Made by a program: the position numbers and the translations under genes
From: Candidatus Zixiibacteriota bacterium
GTDB lineage: Bacteria; Zixibacteria; MSB-5A5; UBA10806; 4484-95
Reading direction: 5' to 3'
Assembly (NCBI GenBank): GCA_037441845.1
Contig: JBBIRK010000002.1
Span: forward strand, 94,854 to 158,853
DNA: 64,000 nt
Part shown: positions 38,219 to 48,555 of the stretch, piece by piece
How positions within the stretch are numbered: position 1 is the stretch's first letter
How the letters are laid out: every line of letters begins with the position of its first letter
The notes under the pieces: generated by a model
The model's input: only the letters and a program-made list of their open reading frames with translations
What the model was told of the DNA's origin: nothing
Databases searched by the model: none

Positions 38219-40348
38219 TCAGGTCCTGGCTACCCTGTCCATGATTCTTTTCGCCTCGGAATATTGGTCGGATACTTTGTGAATTTTACGAGCGCTTTTG
38301 GCGATCATGTCGAGAAATCTATCGAGCTCTTCTTTTTCGATCTTTTCCCGGTTTCTGATATATTCGCACGAGGCCATGATTCCGGCCAGTGCGCCGTTGA
38401 TGCGGCTGGGAAATTCCCGCCAGGCCTCGAGAACATTCCCTCCCGAATCCCCAAGACGATTTAGCGTCGGAACCGATTCCGGCGCAGCCATTCTCGCTTT
38501 TTCCCTCCCGGCGGATTCGAGTTTCCATAAATAAAGCGAAATTGCGGTCGTCAGCAGCGAGGCATAAACCAATTCCTGTTGGCCGAGCGAATCGCGGGCG
38601 GCTTTACGATTTTCACCGATCGTGATTACGCCGATGACCCGATCGTCGACCGTCAACGGAAGAATCAAACATTGGTTTATCCCCGATGGCAAAAGCAGCC
38701 TTTTTTCGACGGCGGAAATTTTCATCGACTTGTCCCAATCGCTGACCAAAAGCGGCCGCCCCGATTTCATCACCCGATCATGGGCCTCCAAACCCGAAAG
38801 CGGCAGAGCCGCGATGCTTTTTTCGTCCCATTCGAGGTGTCGTCGCTGATACAAGGCCGCCGTAACCAACCTGTCGTGGGCCTTATCGAGCATCATTATT
38901 CTGGCGAATGTGGCCGGCGTTTTCTCGGCGATAATCCTGGCCAGTTCTTTCAACGGATTAAGGTCGCTTTTCCCTTTCGCTATCGTCTCGAGCGAGTATT
39001 TGACGGCTCCTATCTTATCGAAAGTCTCCGCGCTCAGCGTATTCAGTTTTTCCTTCAGAATTATCCCCGAAAGCACCGCAACCACCGCCTCGATCGCCAG
39101 CGAATCGTTGATCCCGAAGGTGTGCTCGCCTTTAAGGGATATCGCCACCGCGCCCAGAGTCTCACCGGAAATCGTAATCGGCGCATAATAGGAACTTCCC
39201 CGCGGAATATCCTTTGATGTGGAACGCAGCAACTCGGCGTCTCGGGGAAGCATAAGACTTCGGCGTGCCGCCATGACCCATCTCACCGGCAGATAACGAT
39301 CTGCCTCGAAATATCCCTTTTCGATTATCAGCCGCCCCCCGGATTGCAGATTGAAATCGAGCTGCTGGATTGGCCCGTTCCCTTCGAGGAATATGCTTAA
39401 TGTTTCGAACCGAACGAAACTTTTCAGCAATCGGGCCAATCGGATCGCCTGGGTGTTGAAATTGTCATCGGCCCGCGATGACTTCAAGATTACCGCCATA
39501 AAGTCCCGCAGCGATGTCAGCGACACCATCGATCGCATCAACCCGTCACGGTAGAACGTAATCCCCAAATTGGCCGCGACTACTTCGATTGTCCTGATTT
39601 CCTCTTGCGAAAATACCCGCGGATGATTGGTGAAAAAAGTCAATACGCCGATCCGACGCGTTCCGAAATCTATCGGCAGCGAAATAATCTCGACCACCGG
39701 ACCCGCAGTCGTTTCATAAACGATTCCGTCGTCGAGACCGCCCTCGCGGTCCAACTGGAATATCTCCCCTTTCTTGAAAACGGTGGCGATCATGCCGCTT
39801 TCTGCATAGGCCAATGCTTTCCGCGTTTTCTCGGCCAACCCCACCGAGGAATACAACTCAATTTTATTGGCCGTGTTCATCATGTGCAACGAGGCCGCCT
39901 GAAATCCGAGCAAATCGATGACCTCGGTTATGATTCTGCCGAAAGTCGCCGGCGACGCATCGCCGTGAACCGAGGCTTTGGAGATGAATTCATGCAGCTT
40001 AAGCGATTTCGCTTTCTTATCGAGTCGAATCGATATGGAAAATACATAGGGCAGCCAGAGCGCCATTCCCCAAATCAAGGCCGCGCCGCCGCCCAAATAT
40101 CCCACCACCGACTCCAATAAAAATATCAACCACGATTTTTGATAACCGATCCCTAACACACCGATACTTCCAAAAAGTCCGACAAGCGCGCCGAAAAGCA
40201 ATAACCCAGCGCCCATCCCCATCAGCAGCACCGCCCGCGGACGATAGGCAAGCGCGCCCGCCTTTAGTTTTCTGAATGCCAGAATCGCGGCCAATAAAGC
40301 CAATACCAATATAAGCTTTTGTTGTGCAAGCAGCATAATTCGCTCCAT
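38219..40348 (-). CDS. Multi-TM GAF-domain sensor protein without recognisable kinase catalytic domain
   Basis: 709 aa. About 6 N-terminal TM helices and multiple GAF-like segments. No H-box or HATPase motif found by eye. Confidence 0.65.
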   Translation of the reverse strand: MERIMLLAQQKLILVLALLAAILAFRKLKAGALAYRPRAVLLMGMGAGLLLFGALVGLFGSIGVLGIGYQKSWLIFLLESVVGYLGGGAALIWGMALWLPYVFSISIRLDKKAKSLKLHEFISKASVHGDASPATFGRIITEVIDLLGFQAASLHMMNTANKIELYSSVGLAEKTRKALAYAESGMIATVFKKGEIFQLDREGGLDDGIVYETTAGPVVEIISLPIDFGTRRIGVLTFFTNHPRVFSQEEIRTIEVVAANLGITFYRDGLMRSMVSLTSLRDFMAVILKSSRADDNFNTQAIRLARLLKSFVRFETLSIFLEGNGPIQQLDFNLQSGGRLIIEKGYFEADRYLPVRWVMAARRSLMLPRDAELLRSTSKDIPRGSSYYAPITISGETLGAVAISLKGEHTFGINDSLAIEAVVAVLSGIILKEKLNTLSAETFDKIGAVKYSLETIAKGKSDLNPLKELARIIAEKTPATFARIMMLDKAHDRLVTAALYQRRHLEWDEKSIAALPLSGLEAHDRVMKSGRPLLVSDWDKSMKISAVEKRLLLPSGINQCLILPLTVDDRVIGVITIGENRKAARDSLGQQELVYASLLTTAISLYLWKLESAGREKARMAAPESVPTLNRLGDSGGNVLEAWREFPSRINGALAGIMASCEYIRNREKIEKEELDRFLDMIAKSARKIHKVSDQYSEAKRIMDRVART

Positions 40349-40652
40349 AGCCCCCGAACGGATTCAGGTATGGTTTCCCACTAAATTTATTATCGGTTAT
40401 GCAGCATCGAATATTAAGATTACGGGCCGTTTTTGCCGGCAGCATTTATCATTTTATAGAGAGAAATAACCCGCGATACATGATGTTCAATATAGACGTT
40501 GATTTCCACTATAGGAATATCGCCGGATTCGCAGCCCAGCGGACTTATCTTGATTTTTAGGGCTTCTCCGATGTCATTCGGCTTGACCTCCTACGGCAAT
40601 AGTAATATGATGAACCGTCTTTGGTAACGGCCGATAGCCCGAAGGAGGATAA

Positions 40653-42599
40653 ATGCCGGAAAAAAACAATGATTTCCAGCCTTACATCAAAGCCGATCAG
40701 CAGGTCCCCGAAATCACATTCAGAGCCGTCCTGTTGGGGGCCATTCTGTCCGGCGTCTTCGGAGTCGCCAACGCCTACTTGGGCCTCAAAGTGGGCATGA
40801 CAGTGTCCGCATCCATACCGGCCGCGGTGATCTCCATGGCGGTATTGCGGGGCCTGTTGAAAAAAGGAACCGTCCTTGAAAACAATATCGTGCAAACCAT
40901 CGGTTCATCAGGCGAATCGCTGGCTGCCGGTATAATTTTCACCATTCCCGCTTTTTTCATTTGGAACGCCCAAGGACTGATCAGCCACGAGGTCGGCCGT
41001 TGGCAGATATTTATGCTTTCCATTCTCGGCGGTTCTATGGGTATTCTGGCCATGATACCGTTGCGCCGCTACCTTGTGCATCGCGAACACGGCAAGCTGG
41101 CGTTCCCCGAGGGAACCGCTTGTGCCGAGATAATTCAGGCGGGCGATACGGGCGGAGTCAAGGCACGGCAGGTATTCATCGGCATGGCCGCGGGAGCCGT
41201 TTATAAGATATTCATGTCGCTGGCGCGGCTCTGGCCGGAGGTGCCGTCGGTTAATCTGTTTTGGGGGGAGGGCAAGAAAGGCCTGCCCGGGGCGAACGTG
41301 GGCATCGACGCCACCCCGGCATTGTTGGGCGTCGGCTATATTATCGGACCACGAATCGCCTCTTATATGTTCGGGGGCGCCGTGCTCGGATATCTGGGAA
41401 TCGCACCGTTGCTTGCCTATATAGGCCAACAGGCCCCCGATATCATAATCTCGCCGGCGACGATTCCGCTAAGTAAACTCGACCCGGCCGGATTGCGCGG
41501 GAATTACATAAAATACATCGGCGTCGGAGCGGTTGTTCTCGGCGGTTTCGTATCGTTGATAAAATCGATCCCGGTGATCATCTCTTCGTTCGCCGCCGGC
41601 ATCTCCCAGATGTTTCGCGGCAAGGGCGATTCGTCAGGAGCATCCCGCACCGATCGCGACCTGCCGCTGAATCTGGTGGTGATCGGCTTGCTGATAATCG
41701 CAGTGGTCATCTGGCTGATGCCCGGAACCGAGCTGGATCTTCTCGGCGCCGCCTTGGCCGTTATTTTCGGCTTCTTTTTCATCGTCGTGGCCGCCCGCAT
41801 AGTGGGTATCGTGGGGTCGTCATCCTCGCCGGTTTCCGGAATGACTCTTGCTACGTTGTTCGCCACTTGCATGATATTCCTCGCGTTCGGAATAAGCGGC
41901 GCCACCGGTATGATCGCCGCCATGTACGTCGGCGCGGTAGTCTGTATCGCCGTCTGCATGTCGGGAGATATCGCTCAAGACCTGAAAACCGGATATCTGC
42001 TCGGCGCCACGCCCCGAAGCCAACAAATAATGGAATTCGTAGGCTTGATCATCCCGGCGATTATAATGGGCGCCGTGCTGGCTTTGTTCAACGATGCCTT
42101 CGGCTTCGTGAAGGATGCCGCCCATCCCGAACCGATGCTGGCGCCGCAAGCCAATGTGATGGCGGCGGTTGTTCAGGGAGTCATGCACGGCGATCTGCCT
42201 TGGATACCGATCGTCTGCGGCATCATGCTTGCCGCCGCGATCGAAATAATAGGGGTAAGCTCCCTTCCTTTCGCAATCGGCTTGTATCTTCCACTTGACC
42301 TTTCGACGCCGATCATGGCTGGTGGAATTCTAGCAAGCTTGATCAAACACCGCTATAACGGTTCCGATTCATTCAAGACCAAAAACGAAAGCGGCGTGTT
42401 ATTCGCCTCGGGGTTGGTGGCCGGCGATGCCTTGATCGGAGTTGCGGTGGCCGGTCTTGTGGCGGCCTTCTCCGGTTATCGGGCGTTTTACGAAGGCTAC
42501 GAACAGTCGGCGGTTTTGGGTGAGATCGGTCCGACGATTTCGATCGTTTGTTTCCTTCTCCTGATCGGATTCTTCTGGCACCGTATCAGGCGAAGCTGA
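40653..42599 (+). CDS. OPT-family oligopeptide transporter
   Basis: 648 aa, about 16 TM helices. N-terminal ITFRAVLLG...NAYLGLKVGMT signature of the OPT superfamily. GAAGGAG RBS upstream. Confidence 0.85.
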   Translation: MPEKNNDFQPYIKADQQVPEITFRAVLLGAILSGVFGVANAYLGLKVGMTVSASIPAAVISMAVLRGLLKKGTVLENNIVQTIGSSGESLAAGIIFTIPAFFIWNAQGLISHEVGRWQIFMLSILGGSMGILAMIPLRRYLVHREHGKLAFPEGTACAEIIQAGDTGGVKARQVFIGMAAGAVYKIFMSLARLWPEVPSVNLFWGEGKKGLPGANVGIDATPALLGVGYIIGPRIASYMFGGAVLGYLGIAPLLAYIGQQAPDIIISPATIPLSKLDPAGLRGNYIKYIGVGAVVLGGFVSLIKSIPVIISSFAAGISQMFRGKGDSSGASRTDRDLPLNLVVIGLLIIAVVIWLMPGTELDLLGAALAVIFGFFFIVVAARIVGIVGSSSSPVSGMTLATLFATCMIFLAFGISGATGMIAAMYVGAVVCIAVCMSGDIAQDLKTGYLLGATPRSQQIMEFVGLIIPAIIMGAVLALFNDAFGFVKDAAHPEPMLAPQANVMAAVVQGVMHGDLPWIPIVCGIMLAAAIEIIGVSSLPFAIGLYLPLDLSTPIMAGGILASLIKHRYNGSDSFKTKNESGVLFASGLVAGDALIGVAVAGLVAAFSGYRAFYEGYEQSAVLGEIGPTISIVCFLLLIGFFWHRIRRS

Positions 42600-42743
42600 C
42601 CCGCGCGGCGAGCCAAATCAACGTCTCGGCCGAAACTCGAACAAGCCTTGGGCGTAAGCTTGCATTTGAAACGCGGGGCGACCAGTCATGAAAAAAACCC
42701 GGCCTTGCGACCGGGTTTCGCCGTAAATAGAATTTCGGTTTAT

Positions 42744-44084
42744 CTATTCACCGCCGCTCATCTGCTCATCGACGATCGTCGGAGTCACGAAAATCACGAG
42801 GTCCTGATTCTGAACCTCTTTTTTATTGTAACTGAACAGATAACCTAAAATCGGAATGTCTTTCAGTATGGGCAGCCCGACCCGCAACGATAGTTCCTCC
42901 TGCTTGGTCAGACCACCTATCACCGCCGTTTGCCCGTTGTCGACCACCACGTTGGTCTCGGCGTTTTGCGTGTTGATGATGACCCCGTTGGGATCGAACG
43001 TATAAGAGCTGCGTTCGGGCTTCAGATGAAGCAGTATCCGGTTTTCGCTGGTGATATGAGGGGTCACCCGCAACTGGATCCCCACGTCGTAGAATACTAT
43101 TATGGTGTTCCCCGAGGGATCGAATTGTTTGATCGGGATTTTCTGACCCATCTGAATAAACGCTTCGATATTATCCACAGTCGTAACTTCGGGATGGGCT
43201 ATCACCTTCACCTTGTTGCTCGATTCCGCCATCTTCAGAAGCGCATTGAACCGCAAGTGATCCTTCACCGCCGAAATCTGGAAATCACCTATGGGAGTGC
43301 TTGACATCGTCTGGGTGGTGCCCTGGCTGTAATCGTGCTCCGGTGTGAACTCGTCCGGATCGGAACCATCATAAGTGGGAGTTGGGAATCCGCGGTCGGA
43401 AATCACTCTCCAGTCGAGCCCGATCTCGCGCAGAGTCCTCGATTCCACTTCGAGCAGCTGCGCCGAAATTTTGATCTGCTTGGTCTCCCGGTCCAGCACC
43501 TGTATCAATTCCTCGGCGCGATCGAGATTGTCGGGCAGATCGCGCAGGATCAGTGAGTTGGTGCGCTCATCGACCGCCACCGTTCCACGCGGCGAAAGCA
43601 ATCCTTGAACCGCCTTGGTCAAGTCCTTGGCCACGTTGTATTTGACCTTGACGATCCTGGTGCGGAGATTTTTCAACGATGCCTGCTCGGCGTTATGCTG
43701 TTCCAGCGCCCGCTTTTCCGCGAAATAGTCCTCGGAACGCACCACCCTTATATAATCCTCGGTTTCCACACCTACCAAACCGTAGGTCTCGAGTATGATA
43801 TCCAGCGCTTGCCGCCAGGTCACATCCGACAGTCTCATCGTCACCTCGGCCTCCACTTTCGGCGAAACCACAATGTTTTTGCCGCTGTAGGCGGACAAAT
43901 ACATCATCACCGAGGTGATATCGGCGTTGTTGAGCGAAAGCGTTTTTATCAGGCGGTTTTCCTCCGTCGTCGCGGATGTCCCGATTTCCGGCGTCTGGCT
44001 GAACAGGGTACCGCCGCCCGCAAGGAAAATGACCGTGCCCAGCGTCGTTGCCAGAATCGTTAGGATAATTCTCATATTTTTCAT
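42744..44084 (-). CDS. pilQ: Type IV pilus secretin
   Basis: 446 aa. Signal peptide. Secretin C-domain (VVDNGQTAVIGGL...GLPILKDIPILGYLF...VTPTIV). Confidence 0.85.
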   Translation of the reverse strand: MKNMRIILTILATTLGTVIFLAGGGTLFSQTPEIGTSATTEENRLIKTLSLNNADITSVMMYLSAYSGKNIVVSPKVEAEVTMRLSDVTWRQALDIILETYGLVGVETEDYIRVVRSEDYFAEKRALEQHNAEQASLKNLRTRIVKVKYNVAKDLTKAVQGLLSPRGTVAVDERTNSLILRDLPDNLDRAEELIQVLDRETKQIKISAQLLEVESRTLREIGLDWRVISDRGFPTPTYDGSDPDEFTPEHDYSQGTTQTMSSTPIGDFQISAVKDHLRFNALLKMAESSNKVKVIAHPEVTTVDNIEAFIQMGQKIPIKQFDPSGNTIIVFYDVGIQLRVTPHITSENRILLHLKPERSSYTFDPNGVIINTQNAETNVVVDNGQTAVIGGLTKQEELSLRVGLPILKDIPILGYLFSYNKKEVQNQDLVIFVTPTIVDEQMSGGE

Positions 44085-44097
44085 GGCCAGGTGCTCC

Positions 44098-45216
44098 TTA
44101 TCTTAATTCCGGTAACTTCAGGTTTAAGGCAACCGTACGTGTCCAACCATATTCGGTTATCTGAAAGATCGCCTTGTCGGATTGAACCGAAACGAGGTGA
44201 CCGTTTTTGACCGGATCGTTTACCCGCAATATATATCCGTTTCCTTCGGCATCCTCGAACAACGCCTGATTCCCTTCGTCTTCCACGAGAATTCCGACCA
44301 GCGTAAGATTCTCGACCGCCGGAAGTCTTCCCGCCCCCGCTTTGGCTGATCCCTGCCCCGCCAGCGATTTGAACGGATCCCTATCGAGACCCGGCTCATA
44401 ATTGGCCACTTTCCGTTCGTACATGACCTCGATAGGCAACCCCATTACGGGAGTTTCGCGCGACTGCGGAGGCGATGCTGCGACCTGGACCTTTTTCTCG
44501 GCCGATTTCGTTTCGGTCGAAGCCGGCGTCTCACCCCATTTCGGCGCTGTTGCCGCGGCCTTTTTGCCTATAGTGGAATCTTCAGCCGATTTTTGTTCGA
44601 CTGAAACCGCTGGCTTCTCGACTGGTTTTTCCTTAGGTTTCTCCTCCGGCGTTTTCGCGCTAGAAACGGCAGTCGGCTTTTTCTGCTCTTTTTCGGCCGC
44701 CGCCCCGATTACGATCGGTTCAACCTTGGCCTTAACTTCCGATTCCACCGGCTCTTCCGAAACCTCGTCTTCGCCGACCCGTGCGGTGGTCGCGGCCGCT
44801 CGCGCCTGCCAAACCGCAAAACTCTTCTCTTCCGCAACAGCAGGTAATTTAATCCTTATGCCGTTCGGCAGATCCTCGACGGCATATTCAGTCGGATGAT
44901 TGATATCGAAAACCACGCGGGTAACCAGCTCGGGCTTGTTCTGATATTGGCTGGTTCTGACCCCGCCGATAGTTGCCATCGGTAGCGGCCCGAAATTCTT
45001 TTTCGACCAACTATTGAGCGTATTCTGCAGATCGACCACGATTCTCTCGGGTGGCGATTCGGGTATGAAATGCGCATATCGACATTTGCCCGAGAGAATG
45101 ATATCGGCCAGAACAGTATCTCCGTATTTCGAGATGGCGATATTCTCGAGCGTGGTCTGCGCCAGGCCGGTCGAAACGGCGGCTAAGAGTGAAACAAGAC
45201 CAACCATTATTTTCAT
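44098..45216 (-). CDS. pilP: PilP-like pilus assembly lipoprotein with N-terminal AMIN domain and long Lys/Glu/Pro-rich linker
   Basis: 372 aa. N-terminal AMIN-like beta domain, a low-complexity linker of about 150 aa, and a C-terminal PilP domain. Position between pilO and pilQ. Confidence 0.7.
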   Translation of the reverse strand: MKIMVGLVSLLAAVSTGLAQTTLENIAISKYGDTVLADIILSGKCRYAHFIPESPPERIVVDLQNTLNSWSKKNFGPLPMATIGGVRTSQYQNKPELVTRVVFDINHPTEYAVEDLPNGIRIKLPAVAEEKSFAVWQARAAATTARVGEDEVSEEPVESEVKAKVEPIVIGAAAEKEQKKPTAVSSAKTPEEKPKEKPVEKPAVSVEQKSAEDSTIGKKAAATAPKWGETPASTETKSAEKKVQVAASPPQSRETPVMGLPIEVMYERKVANYEPGLDRDPFKSLAGQGSAKAGAGRLPAVENLTLVGILVEDEGNQALFEDAEGNGYILRVNDPVKNGHLVSVQSDKAIFQITEYGWTRTVALNLKLPELR

Positions 45217-45821
45217 TTGGGCTCACCTCCCGCGATGGCAACGGTCTCCCTGGCGTTATATGATATAAGTTTGAAATTCGCCGTCAGCACATGGTCTTTG
45301 CGCCGCATGCTTTTGCTCTGGGTCGTTCCTTGCGATTGGTCGATTGCGGTTATCTGCAAATCGCTGATCGCGACTATGAAAGGCAGGTTGGCCACCCGCG
45401 CCAGAAATTCTCCGAGCCCGTCGTAGGTGGCGCTCAGCTCGATCAAATACGGATTGCCGATAAAATATTCGCCGGTCACTGCCGCCTGTGGTGTGATACT
45501 GAGCACCGCCGTATTCGACAGCTGGGCGGCGATATGCAGCTGCGAAATAAACTCCTCGTCGCGCTTGGTCTCCGGCAGATACATCCGGACGCTGTTAAAA
45601 CGTTTCAGAAGCGCATCATAATCGGACTGCAACGTTTCCAGCGTGGCGGCTTTCTGCTCCACGGCATGCAGCCGGGTCAATATCTGCTCCAGACGCGTTT
45701 TCTTGACCGCCAGGTCCTGGGAGTATGGAGTATAGAATTTTTCGTACCAAACGTAAACGAGCGCCAGAAATGCAATTATGATTAAAATCAGAATCTGATT
45801 CTTGGGGTCTTTAAAATCCAT
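45213..45821 (-). CDS. pilO: Type IV pilus assembly protein PilO
   Basis: 202 aa. Single N-terminal TM, coiled coil, PilO-type periplasmic domain. Operon position. Confidence 0.75.
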   Translation of the reverse strand: MDFKDPKNQILILIIIAFLALVYVWYEKFYTPYSQDLAVKKTRLEQILTRLHAVEQKAATLETLQSDYDALLKRFNSVRMYLPETKRDEEFISQLHIAAQLSNTAVLSITPQAAVTGEYFIGNPYLIELSATYDGLGEFLARVANLPFIVAISDLQITAIDQSQGTTQSKSMRRKDHVLTANFKLISYNARETVAIAGGEPK

Positions 45822-45865
45822 ACATCCCTCCCACAGGACTAAAAGACCGAGTCAGCTATTTTATG

Positions 45866-46588
45866 TCAAAAAGCGGTGCCGGCTGCTGCCTTCCCCGGCG
45901 GCATCCCGCCTTCGGTCGATCCCTGCTTGGTCTCCTCCAGAATTAGATTGCCGTTTATGTTGAATTCGTATGCTTCCGCGTTTTTCTCCTCGACCAGCCT
46001 GATGCTCGTCAACTCGACATTAGCCAGATACGGCGAATTTTTCAGCCGGGCGATAAAGGTGGCGATACTGTTCAAAGAAAACGACTTCCCCTTGATCGCG
46101 GCCCGTATCGGCTGCGCCATAGGCGGGGCCGCCTGGGCTTCCTTGGCCGGTTTCGTCGATTCATCCCCCGACATCGACTGCTGCCGCGGCAACTGCGTCG
46201 GTGCCTCGGCGATCAGCTGCTTGAATTCATTCAACCATAGATAATCGGTTACCCGCGATCCGAGGTCGGAAAGCAGATCTATATAAACCGTGCGGTTGCG
46301 GTCCAGAAAGTTGATCGCCGACATGCGCGTCAGTATTGCGCTTTTTAAGGCGTTCAGGCTGTCTATTTTGGCGGTCTGAGGTGTGAATCTCTCGGCCTCG
46401 GCTTCGTATTTCTTGATGGTGTCGGCAACCTTCCCTGCCGGCATAATCTGGAAAAAGACCGTATAAGCCGCCAGTATCAATAGCAGACCGAACCCGCCGA
46501 TCAAAACGTAAACGGCGTTCTTCTCGAGCGCCAATTTGAATTTTCGCTTCTGATACTCTTTTGGCAGCAGATTAATTTCTATCATCAC
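45866..46588 (-). CDS. pilN: Type IV pilus assembly protein PilN
   Basis: 240 aa. INLLP N-terminal motif (MMIEINLLPKE), single TM. Confidence 0.8.
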   Translation of the reverse strand: MMIEINLLPKEYQKRKFKLALEKNAVYVLIGGFGLLLILAAYTVFFQIMPAGKVADTIKKYEAEAERFTPQTAKIDSLNALKSAILTRMSAINFLDRNRTVYIDLLSDLGSRVTDYLWLNEFKQLIAEAPTQLPRQQSMSGDESTKPAKEAQAAPPMAQPIRAAIKGKSFSLNSIATFIARLKNSPYLANVELTSIRLVEEKNAEAYEFNINGNLILEETKQGSTEGGMPPGKAAAGTAF

Positions 46589-47634
46589 ACCCTCCTGGCC
46601 GCCAAACCTATCGCCACCGCCAGAAGCGGCGCGACTTTCTCCGGCTGAAATTCCACGAACATCTCCGGATCGTATTCGATATTACGCAGCGGATTGAAAA
46701 TTTCTATGGGGATCGAAAGTTTCATCTGCAGTATCTCGGGCAAAAATGGAATCAGAGCGCCTCCGCCCGAAAGTACGATCAAATCGATTCTATCGGCCGC
46801 CGATGAGCTCTTGAAATACGATATGGCCACTTCCATACCGGCGATCAGCTCCTCCGATGCGGTCACTATGGTCGCTTTGAACATGTCCTGGTCCACCGAT
46901 GTGTCCAGGTCGCCGCGAAGGCATTTGGCGGTCATTTCCTGATTGAAACGAAACTCCTTCGAGATGGCGTCGAATATCAGCCGCGTCCCGTTGGATACGT
47001 CGCGCGTCGAATGATAAAGCCCGTCCCGCAAAAAGGTCATTGTGGTGTTGTCAAGACCCAGATCGACCAGCGCGATCACTTTGGTGGGATCGATATCGTA
47101 ATTTATTTCGTAGGCGTTCAGGATTGCGAATGCGTCCGTATCCACGACCACCGGCTTCAGTCCGGCATCCACTATGAGATCAATGAAACTTTTCAAAAAC
47201 TCGTTGCGGGCGGCCACCAACAAAATCTCCATTTTGTTGGTCTCGGGATCCTCGCGAATAATATGATAGTCGAGCGTAACGTCTTCGACATCGAACGGCG
47301 CACGCTGCTCGGCCTCGAAAAGTATAGCCTGCTCCGCCTCCGCGCCGGTCTTTCTGTCCATTATGATTTTATCGGTGAGTACGCCGTGGCCCGAAATCGA
47401 GGTGACGACTTCTTTTAGCTTAGGATCCGCCTGATCTATTAACGATTGAATATCGAATATCACCGCATCCCGGTCCTTGATCTCCTCGGCGTTGATCACT
47501 CCCAGCGGCAGCTCCTTCAACGCAAGCGCTTTCAGGGCGTAGCCGCCGCCCCGCCGGGCAAGCTTGACTAACTTGATCGAATTGGCGCCGATATCCAGAC
47601 CGGCCGCTAATTTAGTTTTTCTTCCGAAGGCCAT
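46585..47634 (-). CDS. pilM: Type IV pilus assembly ATPase-like protein PilM
   Basis: 349 aa. Actin-like fold with GLDIGANSIKLV at the N-terminus. Confidence 0.85.
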   Translation of the reverse strand: MAFGRKTKLAAGLDIGANSIKLVKLARRGGGYALKALALKELPLGVINAEEIKDRDAVIFDIQSLIDQADPKLKEVVTSISGHGVLTDKIIMDRKTGAEAEQAILFEAEQRAPFDVEDVTLDYHIIREDPETNKMEILLVAARNEFLKSFIDLIVDAGLKPVVVDTDAFAILNAYEINYDIDPTKVIALVDLGLDNTTMTFLRDGLYHSTRDVSNGTRLIFDAISKEFRFNQEMTAKCLRGDLDTSVDQDMFKATIVTASEELIAGMEVAISYFKSSSAADRIDLIVLSGGGALIPFLPEILQMKLSIPIEIFNPLRNIEYDPEMFVEFQPEKVAPLLAVAIGLAARRV

Positions 47635-47918
47635 AGCCGCCTCTTTGACAATTGTTGCTTTTCAAGATAGAACGGAACCTATTACAATCACCCTATACTG
47701 TCAAGGACTTTTAGAAGCCCTGAATCCATCTGTCAAGGATAATATCGTCCGTTCAAACCAAAAGTTAACTTGCGACACCAAAAAATGAAAAGCCCTTCAC
47801 ACCGTCCCTCGCCGCCTTCCCATAACGATTCCGACCGCCCCCGCGAAAACCGGCCGCAAATATCTCCGATGTTAACTATACTTAACAATACGGTGGGTTC
47901 CGATTCCCTCGATCCCCG

Positions 47919-48410
47919 CTACTGCAAGGTGGCCCGGCCCGTCGAGGCCAGCACGCTTATCGTATACAAACGGCCTTGATAAGCGTCTTTTACCTGAATC
48001 GAACCGGAAACCGAGGCCGAACCGCTTGGATAAAAGACCACGCAATCGCCAGCGAAAGACGAAGCGTCGTAGTTGATCCCTTGAGACATCACCTGGCTGC
48101 GTTCGATCACCGAGTCGGCCCCGTCCTCATAAGTGGCGTTGGCGGGATTGCTGATATCGGCGAATAAAACCGCCTGTCTGGCGCCCGAATCGAAATAAAC
48201 ACCGAATTGGCGGTTCTCGGCGACGGCTTTGCTTCTGGCTATTCTGAGGTAGTTGAGGTTCGCTCGGGCGTCAGCCCGCAGTTTCAATCGCGGCATCACC
48301 ATCAAAAATCCCGGCACCGCCATGGCCGAAATAACCCCCACGATGACCAGAATCACCATCATCTCCATCATCGTGTAACCGCATCTCTTGTTGATTCGAC
48401 TTATCAGCAT
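47919..48410 (-). CDS. Prepilin-type pseudopilin, GspH/FimT-like
   Basis: Internal-Met start. Prepilin cleavage/methylation motif G-YTMMEMMVILVIVG. GspH/FimT-type domain. Confidence 0.7.
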   Translation of the reverse strand: MLISRINKRCGYTMMEMMVILVIVGVISAMAVPGFLMVMPRLKLRADARANLNYLRIARSKAVAENRQFGVYFDSGARQAVLFADISNPANATYEDGADSVIERSQVMSQGINYDASSFAGDCVVFYPSGSASVSGSIQVKDAYQGRLYTISVLASTGRATLQ

Positions 48411-48555
48411 TTGCGCCTTCCCAACGTTTATCGATCCCGGCCGCCCGGGCAGTATCGCCGACTCACAGATACGCTCCACCCGCGCTATTCTATTTTCGGC
48501 AGCTTCGAGACCTTTATTTAGCCCTCCCCAAAAAACAATCGAAAACAAAGGAAAC

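Noticed and set aside
38219-40348. Calling the 709-aa GAF protein a histidine kinase
   Set aside because: The C-terminal helical segment lacks a phospho-acceptor His box, and the G1/G2 ATP-binding motifs are not visible. It is kept as a kinase-less GAF sensor.
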